From a virus (Duplodnaviria; Caudoviricetes), in the IMG/VR virus record IMGVR_UViG_3300031998_000042, positions 29,158-93,157 of that record: a DNA stretch of 64,000 nucleotides, one strand, 5' to 3'. Below, piece after piece: positions 17,907-29,400 of the stretch (positions within the stretch are counted from its first letter, which is position 1; every line of letters starts with the position of its first letter). A model generated the notes under the pieces. It did no database searches, had not been told where the DNA came from, and worked only from the letters and a program-made list of their open reading frames with translations. Both the position numbers and the translations under genes were made by a program.

Positions 17907-20900
17907 ATGGAAATTATTAAAGAATTAAATCTTAATGGTAATCCTCAAATTACCAAAAACGGTAGTCTTACATTTGCCAAAAATATAAGACTTAGTTTGG
18001 ATGGTAGTTTTATTACAAATGATGAGGGTTTTAAGATTGGTGTAATTGCATCATATAGTGGTGCACCAACTTTGAAAGTAGCTGGTGTTAGTGCCCCATT
18101 AACTGTTCAGACAATAGAAGGTAATATTGTAGGATATATTAATTGCCCAAATGAAATTGTAATTTTAACTTCTGCTCATCAAATTTATAGATTAATAGAA
18201 TGTGAAAATTATGATGAGCTTTGTGTTGTTCCTGTAGATACTGCTTGGAGTTATCGTGGAGGCAAAATAGTTGGTACATATATTTATAATGTAAATAATG
18301 AACTTATTATTTCCATAGGTGAAAGTGATACAGTATATGATATTCCATTATATACTATAAATCTTAATAAATCGTCAGTATACGACGATATTGATGATTA
18401 TTCTGGAATGCCTAATGTACCTATTGCCAATATAATAAATTTTAGTAAAATATTAGGCACTCCTATTCCTAATGGAACATATCAATTTTTTATACGATAT
18501 TTAATTAAAGATGATATTTATACTAAGTGGTTTCCTATAGGAAGTAATCAATATGCATTACATTTAGAAAATAAATTAGGTATCAATCATAAATATGATA
18601 AATCCCCTGGAACATATAATAGCACACAAGTATATCTAGGGGCTATAAATGTTGAAAAAGATAGTAATTATAATTTGAAATTTTCAGTAAGTTTAGATAC
18701 TGAATATAATTTATCTAAGTTTCAGCTTGGCTATATACTTCAAACAGATAATGCTATTGTTGGTCGTATTTGGAAAGAATTTAAATTAAATGGTAGTTGT
18801 CTATATGATATTCAATTCGATGCCGTAAACATTTCAGAAGTTTCTATAGACGAACTTATAGAAACAGGTTTTAATATATATAATGTTAAAGCTATTACAA
18901 ATTTTGATAATAAGTTATATATTGCTAATATTAAAGAAACTAATTATAATGAAGATTTACGGCAAGTTGTATCAAATATAAAAGCAGTACAAGTAAGAAA
19001 ACAGGTTAAACCTAATTCTGTAAGCAATAATGCAACACAGCATAAAATTGTAAAATTTAAAGCTAGAACTGGTGCTGGAACTTATGATAGTGGTGATAGT
19101 ACATCAATTGAAGTATCGTATGCTGCAACGGCTGTTCGTATTTCTACATTATCTCCTAGTATACAAGATGTAATTTTTGCTGGAGTTAGTGGAAGTGGTA
19201 AAAAAAGTAGTTTAATAGAAACTTTTGGAGATGCCACAATAGGTATCACAATGAACTATTTACCAAATAGTAGTAGTTATTATCGTATGTTAATTAGTCA
19301 GCGTTCTTTATTTTTATTACAAGGTGGAAATATAAAAAATGTTGCTAATGGATATTCTGAAGAGAGTGATACTTATTTTGAATGTCCTACAATTACATTA
19401 AATGATAATACAACAGTAACAGTAGATAGTAAATATTTTAAAATACTTTCTATAGCTATCAGTGATACAGTTGTTAATTATAATGTAGATAATACAATAA
19501 AATCACTAATGCCTAATGAAGTGTATTCTTTTTATATTCATTTTGTTAGAAAAGATGGTACATATACTAATGGTTATAGAATAGAAAATAAATATAAAAG
19601 AAAAATAGTTGAAGTTCAAGGAGAATATGAAGAAACATTTGTAGAATGGGATTCAGCAAGTGATTATACAGGTTATACGTATACTCAATTAGCTAATATG
19701 ACATTACATGAATTATTTGCTATAGACGACGCTGAACTTAGAGCAGATATAGCAAATGAATTTGGTTTAAGTACAAGTGATAGTTGGATGAGTGATGATA
19801 CGTTCGCCAATGTTAAACTTTGTGAATTGAGTTATATTAGTAGTGTTATTTTGAGTGCAAAAAGTGGTACACTTTTAGATGATGATCAATATGAAGGATT
19901 TGAACTTTATGTAAATTCTAATGGTGATAAATTATTTAAAACTGGACCTGCTGCTAAAATGTTTATAGATGACCAAAGTTCATATCCTAATCAATACCTT
20001 GACCAAATTGGAGTACAATTTAGAAATATTGTAGTTCCAGAAGGATATGTTGGTTATTTTATTTCATATGAAAAACCAGAATCTTTAGCATTATATAATG
20101 CTGTAGTAGATGGTTATCAGCTTGTTGGACAAACTACACCAACTTTTTGTCATTTATTAAAAGGTATAGAACCTGAAATAGGAAGTATTAATTATAAAGG
20201 ATTATTTTTTATAACTCAATATTGTATAGATAAAACAACATTACGTGATAATATATATGGTATAACTTATGGTTCTAATTCAAGTAATATTCATACTAGT
20301 GAAATAGTTCCTATAAATTATTGTGATATAGTATTATCAAATGCTTCTGTTTCTATTCCAATTGGAGACAGCTATGCAACTGTAGATAGAGAAGGTTTAC
20401 ATGGTTGTATCATATGTAAATTCACGTCAAATGATGTATTTATAGATTATAACGATAATAATAAAAAAGTAGTTGGAACTGTTATAAAATTAAATAATTC
20501 CATTTATACTAACGAATCTAAAATACTTATACCTTTAGGTTATGTTAATATAGCTGAAGATAGTATATATGGCGAAAAATATCAAGAATTTAATTTTGAC
20601 TATAATTATCCATCGTTTATAGCCAAAGAAATATATTTGCGATATAATTATGCAATACAAATAGATGAAGCTACTGGTGAAGTACATGATTTAAGTTTAA
20701 TTTATGGTAGTTCATCGGATACAAAATTAAATCAAAATGATTATGCTTCTATTGTAAGATGTTATAAACATTCTAATTTTAATTTGGCTGCTATTTCTAT
20801 TAAGAAAGAACCTGAAAATATAATATCTATTTATAAAGATGATTACGATGTTACTACTAGAACAAAGGCTACAATAATAAATCCTATAAATTGTTCCGAT

Positions 20901-22244
20901 TTATTTCAATTAAAATCTTCATATATTAATAATCAACATAAACAATATAGTGCTTATGATGAAACTTTAAATTATGAAAATGTTACACCAAATATGATTC
21001 GTAGTTCTTATCCTATTAGAACAGAATCTAATGAAAATAGTTGGAGAATATTTGATGCAGATGACTATTATCTTATAGATAAAAAGGCGGGAGAAATAAC
21101 AAATATTTTTGCTATTGGTAAATATTTCTTTATTCATACAAGAAACACTTTACTTATTGCTTCTTCTGACGCTAAGTTGACTGCCGATAATACTACAATT
21201 AGTGTAACAAATCACAAATTATTTGATGTAGCACCTTCTGAATTATTTACCTCTGACTTAGGTTTTGGTGGTCTTAAATATAGAGAATGTCAAATACTTA
21301 GTCAGCATGGTTATATTTGGTATGATAGTGATCATCATAAGATATTTAGATATGATAATAGCAAATTAGAAGATTTAACTGCTGCAGTTGAGGAATTTAT
21401 AAGTACTTATGAACCTACTCATTGTTATTTTAATATAGATAGTAGAACTAATAGAATATTTATGTGTTTTATGAAGAATGGTTATAGTGGAGGATTTACT
21501 TTTGCTTATAGTACTCTTACAAATAAATTCATATCTTTTATGGATTTTGGATTTGATAAAAATCTTCATACTACAAACAAAGTATTCTTTAGTAGAACTG
21601 GTATAGCATCTATTTATAAATATGATAATACTAATTTTGGTTTATATGGTATGCTAGGTCCATTAGATACAGATCTTCAACCTGTAACAGAAAGTGAAGC
21701 TATATTTGATATTCTTATAAATGTTGGTCCTGAAATTCCAAAAACTCTTGAAAGTATTAGATGGATTCATAATTATCTTGATGCTAATAACATTGACAAT
21801 AATAATTATGCGGAATTACTTCCAGCATATCCTATGAGTAAACATTCTGATCGTAAATATCCAGAGGATAAAATTTATGATTTAGCAAATGTTTATCTTA
21901 GAATATTTAATAATAATGTAGATACTGAAGAATTATCATTATTTAATGATAAACTTAATAGGGCTTCTATAAAAGGTCAAGGTGGTTCTAATTATGACGA
22001 TTCTTATAAATATCCGCATTATGAAAAAGGAGTATGGCAATTTAATTACTTTAGAGATGTAATTAATAAGATTAATGATATGTATTATTCTGCTGATGGT
22101 AGAGATAAATCTGATATAAAATCTCTTATATATGGGACATATTTTGTTATTAGATTTAAATTTAAAAATAGTAGCAACGGTGGAACTACATATAATAAAC
22201 GACTTAAATTTGATTCAATTTCATTTAAAGTAAATAATTATTAA
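17907..22244 (+). CDS. Tail muzzle/stabilisation protein (P22 gp10-like beta-propeller)
   Basis: 1445 aa; 'IRSS...ESNENSWRIF....Y...DKKAGEITNI' and 'GYIWYD' motifs; synteny. Confidence 0.75.
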   Translation: MEIIKELNLNGNPQITKNGSLTFAKNIRLSLDGSFITNDEGFKIGVIASYSGAPTLKVAGVSAPLTVQTIEGNIVGYINCPNEIVILTSAHQIYRLIECENYDELCVVPVDTAWSYRGGKIVGTYIYNVNNELIISIGESDTVYDIPLYTINLNKSSVYDDIDDYSGMPNVPIANIINFSKILGTPIPNGTYQFFIRYLIKDDIYTKWFPIGSNQYALHLENKLGINHKYDKSPGTYNSTQVYLGAINVEKDSNYNLKFSVSLDTEYNLSKFQLGYILQTDNAIVGRIWKEFKLNGSCLYDIQFDAVNISEVSIDELIETGFNIYNVKAITNFDNKLYIANIKETNYNEDLRQVVSNIKAVQVRKQVKPNSVSNNATQHKIVKFKARTGAGTYDSGDSTSIEVSYAATAVRISTLSPSIQDVIFAGVSGSGKKSSLIETFGDATIGITMNYLPNSSSYYRMLISQRSLFLLQGGNIKNVANGYSEESDTYFECPTITLNDNTTVTVDSKYFKILSIAISDTVVNYNVDNTIKSLMPNEVYSFYIHFVRKDGTYTNGYRIENKYKRKIVEVQGEYEETFVEWDSASDYTGYTYTQLANMTLHELFAIDDAELRADIANEFGLSTSDSWMSDDTFANVKLCELSYISSVILSAKSGTLLDDDQYEGFELYVNSNGDKLFKTGPAAKMFIDDQSSYPNQYLDQIGVQFRNIVVPEGYVGYFISYEKPESLALYNAVVDGYQLVGQTTPTFCHLLKGIEPEIGSINYKGLFFITQYCIDKTTLRDNIYGITYGSNSSNIHTSEIVPINYCDIVLSNASVSIPIGDSYATVDREGLHGCIICKFTSNDVFIDYNDNNKKVVGTVIKLNNSIYTNESKILIPLGYVNIAEDSIYGEKYQEFNFDYNYPSFIAKEIYLRYNYAIQIDEATGEVHDLSLIYGSSSDTKLNQNDYASIVRCYKHSNFNLAAISIKKEPENIISIYKDDYDVTTRTKATIINPINCSDLFQLKSSYINNQHKQYSAYDETLNYENVTPNMIRSSYPIRTESNENSWRIFDADDYYLIDKKAGEITNIFAIGKYFFIHTRNTLLIASSDAKLTADNTTISVTNHKLFDVAPSELFTSDLGFGGLKYRECQILSQHGYIWYDSDHHKIFRYDNSKLEDLTAAVEEFISTYEPTHCYFNIDSRTNRIFMCFMKNGYSGGFTFAYSTLTNKFISFMDFGFDKNLHTTNKVFFSRTGIASIYKYDNTNFGLYGMLGPLDTDLQPVTESEAIFDILINVGPEIPKTLESIRWIHNYLDANNIDNNNYAELLPAYPMSKHSDRKYPEDKIYDLANVYLRIFNNNVDTEELSLFNDKLNRASIKGQGGSNYDDSYKYPHYEKGVWQFNYFRDVINKINDMYYSADGRDKSDIKSLIYGTYFVIRFKFKNSSNGGTTYNKRLKFDSISFKVNNY

Positions 22245-22247
22245 GTT

Positions 22248-23759
22248 ATGGCTAGATGTTTAAGAACAGCAGGTGGCAGACCTAAAGCTTGGATTGGTGC
22301 TGCCATCGGATTAGGTACACAAATTATTGGTGGACTTATAAATAAAAATGCACAAGAAGAACAAGCTCGTGCTGCACAAAGAGCACAAGAACAACAAGAT
22401 GCAATAAATTTAGCATTAAATAAAGCTCAACAAATGAAACTTACCCAAAATGCTCAAAAAGCATATGAAGAACAATTTAGAGTTCCTTATGCTAAAGGTG
22501 GTCGTAAAAGACTTAGAAGTGCAATAGGTATTACAGATGGAGGAGTAGCAACACCTGTGGGAGATAGCACATTCCTTCTACGGGGGAGCACTCATAATCA
22601 AGTTAATGAAAGTGGGAAAACTGGTATTGGTATAAATGTGGGAGGTAAAGAAATTGAAGCAGAAAATGGTGAATTGGTTGATGTTAATAACGGCAATCTT
22701 AGAGTGTTTAGTAACAGCTTATCTATTCCTGTTATGACTAGAGATGGAGTTATGTATATGACTCCGTCTGATGCTGTTCTTGCTGGATATAATAAAAATA
22801 GAATTTTTAATGAACAGCAAAGAATGAATGGAAATAGTCATGGAGAAGGAGGAAGAGCAAAAGCTGCACTTGGTGCAAGTTTTGGTACGGCTGATTATAT
22901 AGGATTAGGTACTAATATTTTAGGTTCTATTCTTTCACAAACTATTAATCGTAAAGGTCTTTCTGGTCTTAGTAAATATGCACCTAGTAGACCTATTCCA
23001 TATGTTGCTGGTAAATTAATTACTAATTATAATATCAATCCTCAACTTTCTAATCTCGAAAGAAGTAGACTTCAGGCTTATAGAAGTATTGATAGAGATA
23101 CTGCAAGTTCGGTTGCTGCTAATGAAAAAAGAAATGCAATTAATGTTAATACAACATTAGCAGAAAATGAACTTTATAATAAGAAATATCAAACTGAAGC
23201 AGAAATGCTTAATAAAGATACTCTTAATCAGCAAGAAGTTGCAAATAAATCTATTGCTGCTTATAATGATTGGAGAGATAAATATAATAACTATATGGCA
23301 GCACTTGCGGGTGCTAAATCTGAGTCTAATGTTGCAATGATACAAGGTATCGGTAATTCTATTGGTAATTTCTTGCAACAAGGAATTGATAGACATCAAA
23401 TGGAACTTAATAGAAGAGCATATCTTGCAACAGCAGATAAAGGCAATGATGAAATTATGGCGGCTTATGGACTATTCAATAATAAAGAACTTAGATTTCT
23501 TTATGAAAAAGCTCTTAAAGATGGAAATGATGATAAAGCTAAATATTATTACGACCTTTTACCAAAAAGAATTCAAAGAAAATATACTCCACTTACTCCA
23601 ATTCCTATGGAAAGTGTAAATTTTCCATCAATATCATTAAAAGAAATTGAACCTTTAAACGTTGGATTTAATATTCCATCTTTAAGTTATGAAAATGATT
23701 TAGCTAGTGGAATTTATAAAAATTCTTATGGTTGGAGAAAAAGAAATGGTTTAATTTAA
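22248..23759 (+). CDS. Ejected cargo protein 1 (C1-like)
   Basis: N-terminal 'WIGAAIGLGTQIIGGL' Gly-rich helix, AQ-rich coil, 'EIEAENGE' motif; follows muzzle. Confidence 0.65.
   Translation: MARCLRTAGGRPKAWIGAAIGLGTQIIGGLINKNAQEEQARAAQRAQEQQDAINLALNKAQQMKLTQNAQKAYEEQFRVPYAKGGRKRLRSAIGITDGGVATPVGDSTFLLRGSTHNQVNESGKTGIGINVGGKEIEAENGELVDVNNGNLRVFSNSLSIPVMTRDGVMYMTPSDAVLAGYNKNRIFNEQQRMNGNSHGEGGRAKAALGASFGTADYIGLGTNILGSILSQTINRKGLSGLSKYAPSRPIPYVAGKLITNYNINPQLSNLERSRLQAYRSIDRDTASSVAANEKRNAINVNTTLAENELYNKKYQTEAEMLNKDTLNQQEVANKSIAAYNDWRDKYNNYMAALAGAKSESNVAMIQGIGNSIGNFLQQGIDRHQMELNRRAYLATADKGNDEIMAAYGLFNNKELRFLYEKALKDGNDDKAKYYYDLLPKRIQRKYTPLTPIPMESVNFPSISLKEIEPLNVGFNIPSLSYENDLASGIYKNSYGWRKRNGLI
22577..22586 (-). 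repeat. CCCCCGTAGA motif copy 8 (in CDS, encodes LLRGS)
   Basis: cattccttctacgggggagca. Confidence 0.95.
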
Positions 23760-23771
23760 TTTGTAAGTATT

Positions 23772-26477
23772 ATGCCTAGAAAATATAATGCAACACAAGA
23801 AAGTGTTATTAGAGGTGGATATGTTCCATTTCTTTTACAACGAGATATTGACCAAGCTTCTCTTAAAGGTGCCGTTCAAGAATTAAATAATGCTAATAGA
23901 GCTGCTATTCAACAGAAAAATGTTATTATGGAAGCTCTTGCTAAAGCAGATTTAAATCCTGTTGATGCAGCTTGGAGAGATGCTTATGCTCAACAAATAG
24001 AAAGTGAATTAGCAAAAGAAGTTATTGGTGGTAGCTATGCAAAAGCACTTCCTACTGCTATGGAACTTGCTGGTAAGGTTGCTAGTAATCCAGAACTTAT
24101 GGCTCGCCAAAAAGCCAATAAAGAATATCAAGCTCATAAAGGAGTTGTTGATAATATGGTTGCTGCTGGTAAGCTTCCACAAAGAATTGCTGACCAATGG
24201 CTAGAAGAAAATCCATATACTTTTAAACCTGTAGTCGATAAGGCTACAGGTCGAGTTATTGGTGGAGAAGAATGGCGTCCTAATTGGAGAGTTGTTGAAC
24301 CTGTAGATATGACTCAAGTGTATGCTAAGGTTGGACAACTTGCAGCAGAAGAGGCAGGTGGTGGACAAAACGTTCGTTTTGTAGATGAAGAAGGAAATCC
24401 TGTAAGTAATCCATCTAGTGGTATGTATAGTATGGAAATTAAAACAGGTTCTAAATGGACAAGACTTCCTGCTGAAAAACTTAAAAGAATATTTAAAGCT
24501 GCTCTTGATCAAATTCCTGGTGCTAGAGAAACATTTGAACAAGATTATAATAATAAACTTTGGCAATATGGTAAAGCTGATGCTGAAGGTAAAAAGGCTT
24601 TTTATGATTCTGATATAATGGATAATCAAGGAGTTAAAAGAAGTCTTGATGAATACATCAATTATAAAGCAAATCCAATTCTTGAAGGAATGGCTTATAA
24701 TAGAGTACATTCTACCGTTGATTATTCTCCTAATAGTACTTATCTTAATGCTAGAATGCAACAAGCTGCCGATGCTGCAATTGGTAGACAAATGTTAGAA
24801 AATTCTAAACAACCTAGTCCTGGAATGGAAATTCCAATGACAGATGTTCTTTTAGAAAATTATAATACTGTTACAGGTACAGCAAACAAAGTATTGAGTA
24901 TGTATGAAAATACTTCTTTGTTTAAAAACAATAAAGGTATTATAAATGGGTATATAAATAGAGGAGATTATTCAGGACTTGCTAATTTTTTAAGTGCTAG
25001 ACAAAGATTTATCACAAATCCAGATGATAAAGCAAAACTTAATGGACTTTTAAGATTACTTAAATCTGAAGGAGATTCTTATGCTAGTCTTACATCTGGC
25101 CTTAAAAAAGAAGATATAGATGATTTAAATGCCTATGCTGCTATTAAAAGTGGAAATTATATAAATAATCCTACAAGTATCACAGCAAGAGGCATTGCTG
25201 ATAGAAAAAATACACTATTTAGTTACATGGATAGTAAAGGTAAACAAAGACCTGCTGAGAAATTCTTTATAGATATATTGAATGAAAATACATTTAATAA
25301 ACTTCTTAGTAATATGAATATTACTAAAAATGAATTAAAATCTCACGGTCTTGAATATCGTAATGAAAATGGTAAAATACGATTAGATGTACATAAAGAT
25401 ACAGATTTACTTCCAGAATTAGCTTCTGCTATTGAAAAAACTAAAGGTCTTACTAATAAGAATTGGAGTTTTGAATCAGGTATTTCTAATTGGGGTAATG
25501 ATTTAATAACTATTGGTGGCTATAATACTGGTAATAATCCAAAGAAAGGTGTTAGTTATAGTGGTTCTCCAAGATGGCAAGCATTGATGGATTTTGCACC
25601 AAATAGCAATTATATGCAAGACCTTGAAGGAAGAGTAAATAATATTTTAAGAAATGGTGGTAAAAATATGGTTGCTACCAATGTTATTACTTCTTGGAAT
25701 AGTGCTGTTCCTTTTGGTATGGAATCAAGTGTAAGAAATGGTTCTATGAAATATTCTGAACTCAAATCTGTAAACGATATGGTAACAGACCAAGAACGTC
25801 AACTTATTAAAACAGGTCTTAGTCATATTGGAGATTTTAGAGTTTGGAAACTTAATGAAGATACTGGCAATTTGGAACTTGTAACACCAGATAAAAGAGC
25901 TGATATTCAAAAAGAATTAAATGCTGCTGTCGATGATGATAAATTTACAGCATTATTTACAAGTAGTTATACACCTAAAGGGTATGGTTATACAATAAAT
26001 GTTCCTGTAAAATATGACGATGATGGTAATACAAAAGGTAGTAAAAAACCAACAATGTATTACATTGAAGGTATAAATGATAATGCTGTAGCAGATGCGG
26101 TTGCTAGAAACCCAGAAATGGTTTATAATAAAGAATATGGTAGAGCTAGAGCATTAAATAGACCTGTTTATGATATAAGTGGTAGACGTATAACATATGA
26201 TGCAGGTAATGAAGAATTAGAACGTGCTAAATTTTATGGTGCTAAAAAGTTAGAAGAAGCTTATAATATTGTAGATAATTATGCTGCACAATTTGCTGAA
26301 AATAGAAGGACTACCAAATCTAACGTTTTAATACCAGAAGAAGATTATAATGCCATTGTAAATGACATTATGAGTACAAGTGGTTATGATCCAAATGCTA
26401 AGGCAAATTCTGCATTAAAAAATAAACTTATTACAGATCTAAAAACTGAATTCTTTAGAATTTATAATAGTAAATAA
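23772..26477 (+). CDS. Ejected cargo protein 2
   Basis: 901 aa, helical; first of three large genes ending in the RNAP. Confidence 0.6.
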   Translation: MPRKYNATQESVIRGGYVPFLLQRDIDQASLKGAVQELNNANRAAIQQKNVIMEALAKADLNPVDAAWRDAYAQQIESELAKEVIGGSYAKALPTAMELAGKVASNPELMARQKANKEYQAHKGVVDNMVAAGKLPQRIADQWLEENPYTFKPVVDKATGRVIGGEEWRPNWRVVEPVDMTQVYAKVGQLAAEEAGGGQNVRFVDEEGNPVSNPSSGMYSMEIKTGSKWTRLPAEKLKRIFKAALDQIPGARETFEQDYNNKLWQYGKADAEGKKAFYDSDIMDNQGVKRSLDEYINYKANPILEGMAYNRVHSTVDYSPNSTYLNARMQQAADAAIGRQMLENSKQPSPGMEIPMTDVLLENYNTVTGTANKVLSMYENTSLFKNNKGIINGYINRGDYSGLANFLSARQRFITNPDDKAKLNGLLRLLKSEGDSYASLTSGLKKEDIDDLNAYAAIKSGNYINNPTSITARGIADRKNTLFSYMDSKGKQRPAEKFFIDILNENTFNKLLSNMNITKNELKSHGLEYRNENGKIRLDVHKDTDLLPELASAIEKTKGLTNKNWSFESGISNWGNDLITIGGYNTGNNPKKGVSYSGSPRWQALMDFAPNSNYMQDLEGRVNNILRNGGKNMVATNVITSWNSAVPFGMESSVRNGSMKYSELKSVNDMVTDQERQLIKTGLSHIGDFRVWKLNEDTGNLELVTPDKRADIQKELNAAVDDDKFTALFTSSYTPKGYGYTINVPVKYDDDGNTKGSKKPTMYYIEGINDNAVADAVARNPEMVYNKEYGRARALNRPVYDISGRRITYDAGNEELERAKFYGAKKLEEAYNIVDNYAAQFAENRRTTKSNVLIPEEDYNAIVNDIMSTSGYDPNAKANSALKNKLITDLKTEFFRIYNSK

Positions 26478-26483
26478 AGTATT

Positions 26484-29400
26484 ATGGGAGTTTTTGATAG
26501 TATTATATATGGAGTTAAAACATATACTCCTGGTACTGTATTCTCAGATGCTCAATCTGTTCCAACAGAACAAGATAAAATCTTAGATATTGCAGTTTCA
26601 GAATCTGCTAAAAGATTAGCAGAAAGTCCAACTTCTATCGGATACGAACTTAATAGATTAGGAGATGCTGATAAATATTCAAAGGTTGGATTACAAAGAA
26701 ATATAGAACTTCTTCGTGCACAACGAGAAGGTAATCTTGAAAAAATTCTTGCTGATAGTCAAAGTAATTTTCAAAAAACAAGAAATGCTCTTGCTCAAAC
26801 TTTAGTTAGTGAGGTAGGTCTTGGAACTCTTAAAGGTTTTAGTGATTTATTTGATTTAACTATAGGTAATGTTATTAATTTATCTCAAGGTGTAGAACAG
26901 GATTATGAAAATCCTGTTTCTGCATTTCTTGCTGAAAAACAAAAAGAGTTTGAAGAATATATGCCAATATATTCTGACCCAACTAGAAATACTATGTGGG
27001 ATGGAGGTCTTGGTAATTGGGGTTGGTGGATGCAAAATGTACCTTCAATTATGAGTTCCCTTACTCTTATGATACCAGGTGAAGGAATTGTTGCTGGTTT
27101 AAGTAAAGTTGGAAAACTTGCTAAATTAGGTAAACTTGGTAAAGGTATACGTAGAGCAACTACTCTTGGTAGAAGAGCTATGGGTATCGAAAGAGCAGAA
27201 AAAGCAGAACAAATGGCTAAGCTTGGTATTAGTGCTGGTACAAGTCGTCTTATTGAGAATTATCAAGAGGCTAATCAAGTTTATCAAGATATGTATGAAG
27301 ATGCTGCTGCTAGATTTAAAGAAATGAGTCAACCTGAATATGAAGCTTGGGTTGAAAGGCATAGAGATGATTTTGATGAAAACTTTGATTTTTCTGATAA
27401 AGATGCAGTAGCTAAAAATATTGCTAAGCAATCTGCAAACGAAACATTTGTGGATGACCTTTGGAATGGTGTATTTGATGTTTATCAATTATATGCTCTT
27501 AAAAATGTTACTCGTATTATGAATGCTCCTCTTAGAGCGTCTGTACGTAGAAAACATTTAGATTCTATGAAATACATAGATAAGATGGATAAAATTGATG
27601 AAATTAAAGCCGCTAGAAAATGGTATCAAAAACTTGGAGAGAAAGTTGGAGATTATGCTTATGGTTCTGCTACAGCAATAGGTGCTGAACTTAGTGAAGG
27701 TATTGAGGAAGCAGTTAACTATATTGCTCAACAAGAAGGTATGCATTTTGGTAAAGTCCTTCTTGAACAAGAAGCTCCTTCTCCTACTACTCGTAGGTTA
27801 CTTCAAGAATATATGATGGCACCTGAACTTTACGATAGTGCTTTTTGGGGAGTTTTAGGTGGTGTTGTATTCCAAGGTCTTGGTAGTGCTGTTAAACGTG
27901 CAGAAAATGTTATTGCTACCCAAACAGATGACAGGTATAAAACTAACGAAAAAACAGGTGAACAAATTAAGAAACCTACTCTTCTTGAAAGTTGGACTTT
28001 ACCTGAAATTAAAATGCGTACTGCTAATATCGAAGCAAGAACTAAAACTGTTAATGATGCTTTAAATGCGATTCAGCAAATTAAAGATGGTACTTACAAA
28101 GATAGTAATGGTAATACACCAACAACAGAATCTGAGAAAGAAGTAGCACGTCGTGAGGTATTTAATAATATGGTCACAGAAGTTCTTCTTCAATCTCAAG
28201 ATGCTGGTAACTATGATTTGGCTAAAGAATTTCTTACAAACGATAATGTAATTAAATTCTTAGTTGATAACGGTATTACTACAGAAGAAAGTGCTGCTGA
28301 AACTAAAGCTTCTATTGAAAGTAAAGTTGAACAACTCGATGCTCTGTATGATAAACATTTTAGAGCCATTGATAACGCTTTAAGAGGTAGAGATAGAATA
28401 TCTGGTGTAGATTTAGAAGATATGCCTATTGAATATTTTAAAATTGTTGCTAGACAAAATATTAAACACGAACTTAAAAGTCAAGATTATAACGAAAAAG
28501 CAGATAAGATTGAAGAAGAGATTAAACATTTAGAAGAACAAAATGCTGACAATCTTGAAGGTAAAAATTATCGTCAGCAGATTGAACATGTTGTTGTTGT
28601 TGTAAATTATGTTGAGGCTCTTAAATCTCTTGATGCTTTAGAGAATGATACTAAAAATAGAGGTACTCTTCTTAATCAACATCTTATCAAAGAACAAAAG
28701 AAAAAGATTAAAACTCTTGAAGATTATATTGTAAGAACTTCATCTCCTACAGATACTTCTATTGATAAAATGGCTAGATTTCTTTCTGCTTATCAGCAAG
28801 GAAGAAATAGTTTGCTTTCTAATACAACTGACCCCGCCCGTAGAAGAGAGATTGCAGAAAAATATAAGGCTTTTGATGAGGCTATTCTTCGTAAAGATAT
28901 AAACTTCTTCAAGAAACTTAGTGATGTTTTTGGTTCTCTTGATACTGAAACAGAACCTATGCAAACTCTAGAGTCTGCTGTTCATCAAGCTACTATTCTC
29001 AATCAAGATATAGAACGTAATCTTAAAGATAAGAATAAATTCTATTCTGAAGTTGCTGAATTTAGTCAAGATTTAGCTAATGATTATGCTAGAGTTACAG
29101 ACTTACGTCTTGCTTCTATTATGGAAAATGCTATGGTTAGTACAAAGAAATCTGACATTATAGATACTATTGATGCTCTCCATAATACTTTCTTTAATGA
29201 AACGGGTACTCTTTCAATGCGCGCTATAGCAATAGAAAATGCTAATGACCATTTACTTCGTTTAGCTAAAGAGTATGGTTCTGAAAATGTACTTGCTTAT
29301 ATCAATGCTAAACTTAAAGCAAATAAAGGTCAAGGATTTGAAGAATTAGGAACTACTAACGAAATTGAAGGTATGTCTGCACAACATAAACGTACTTTAG

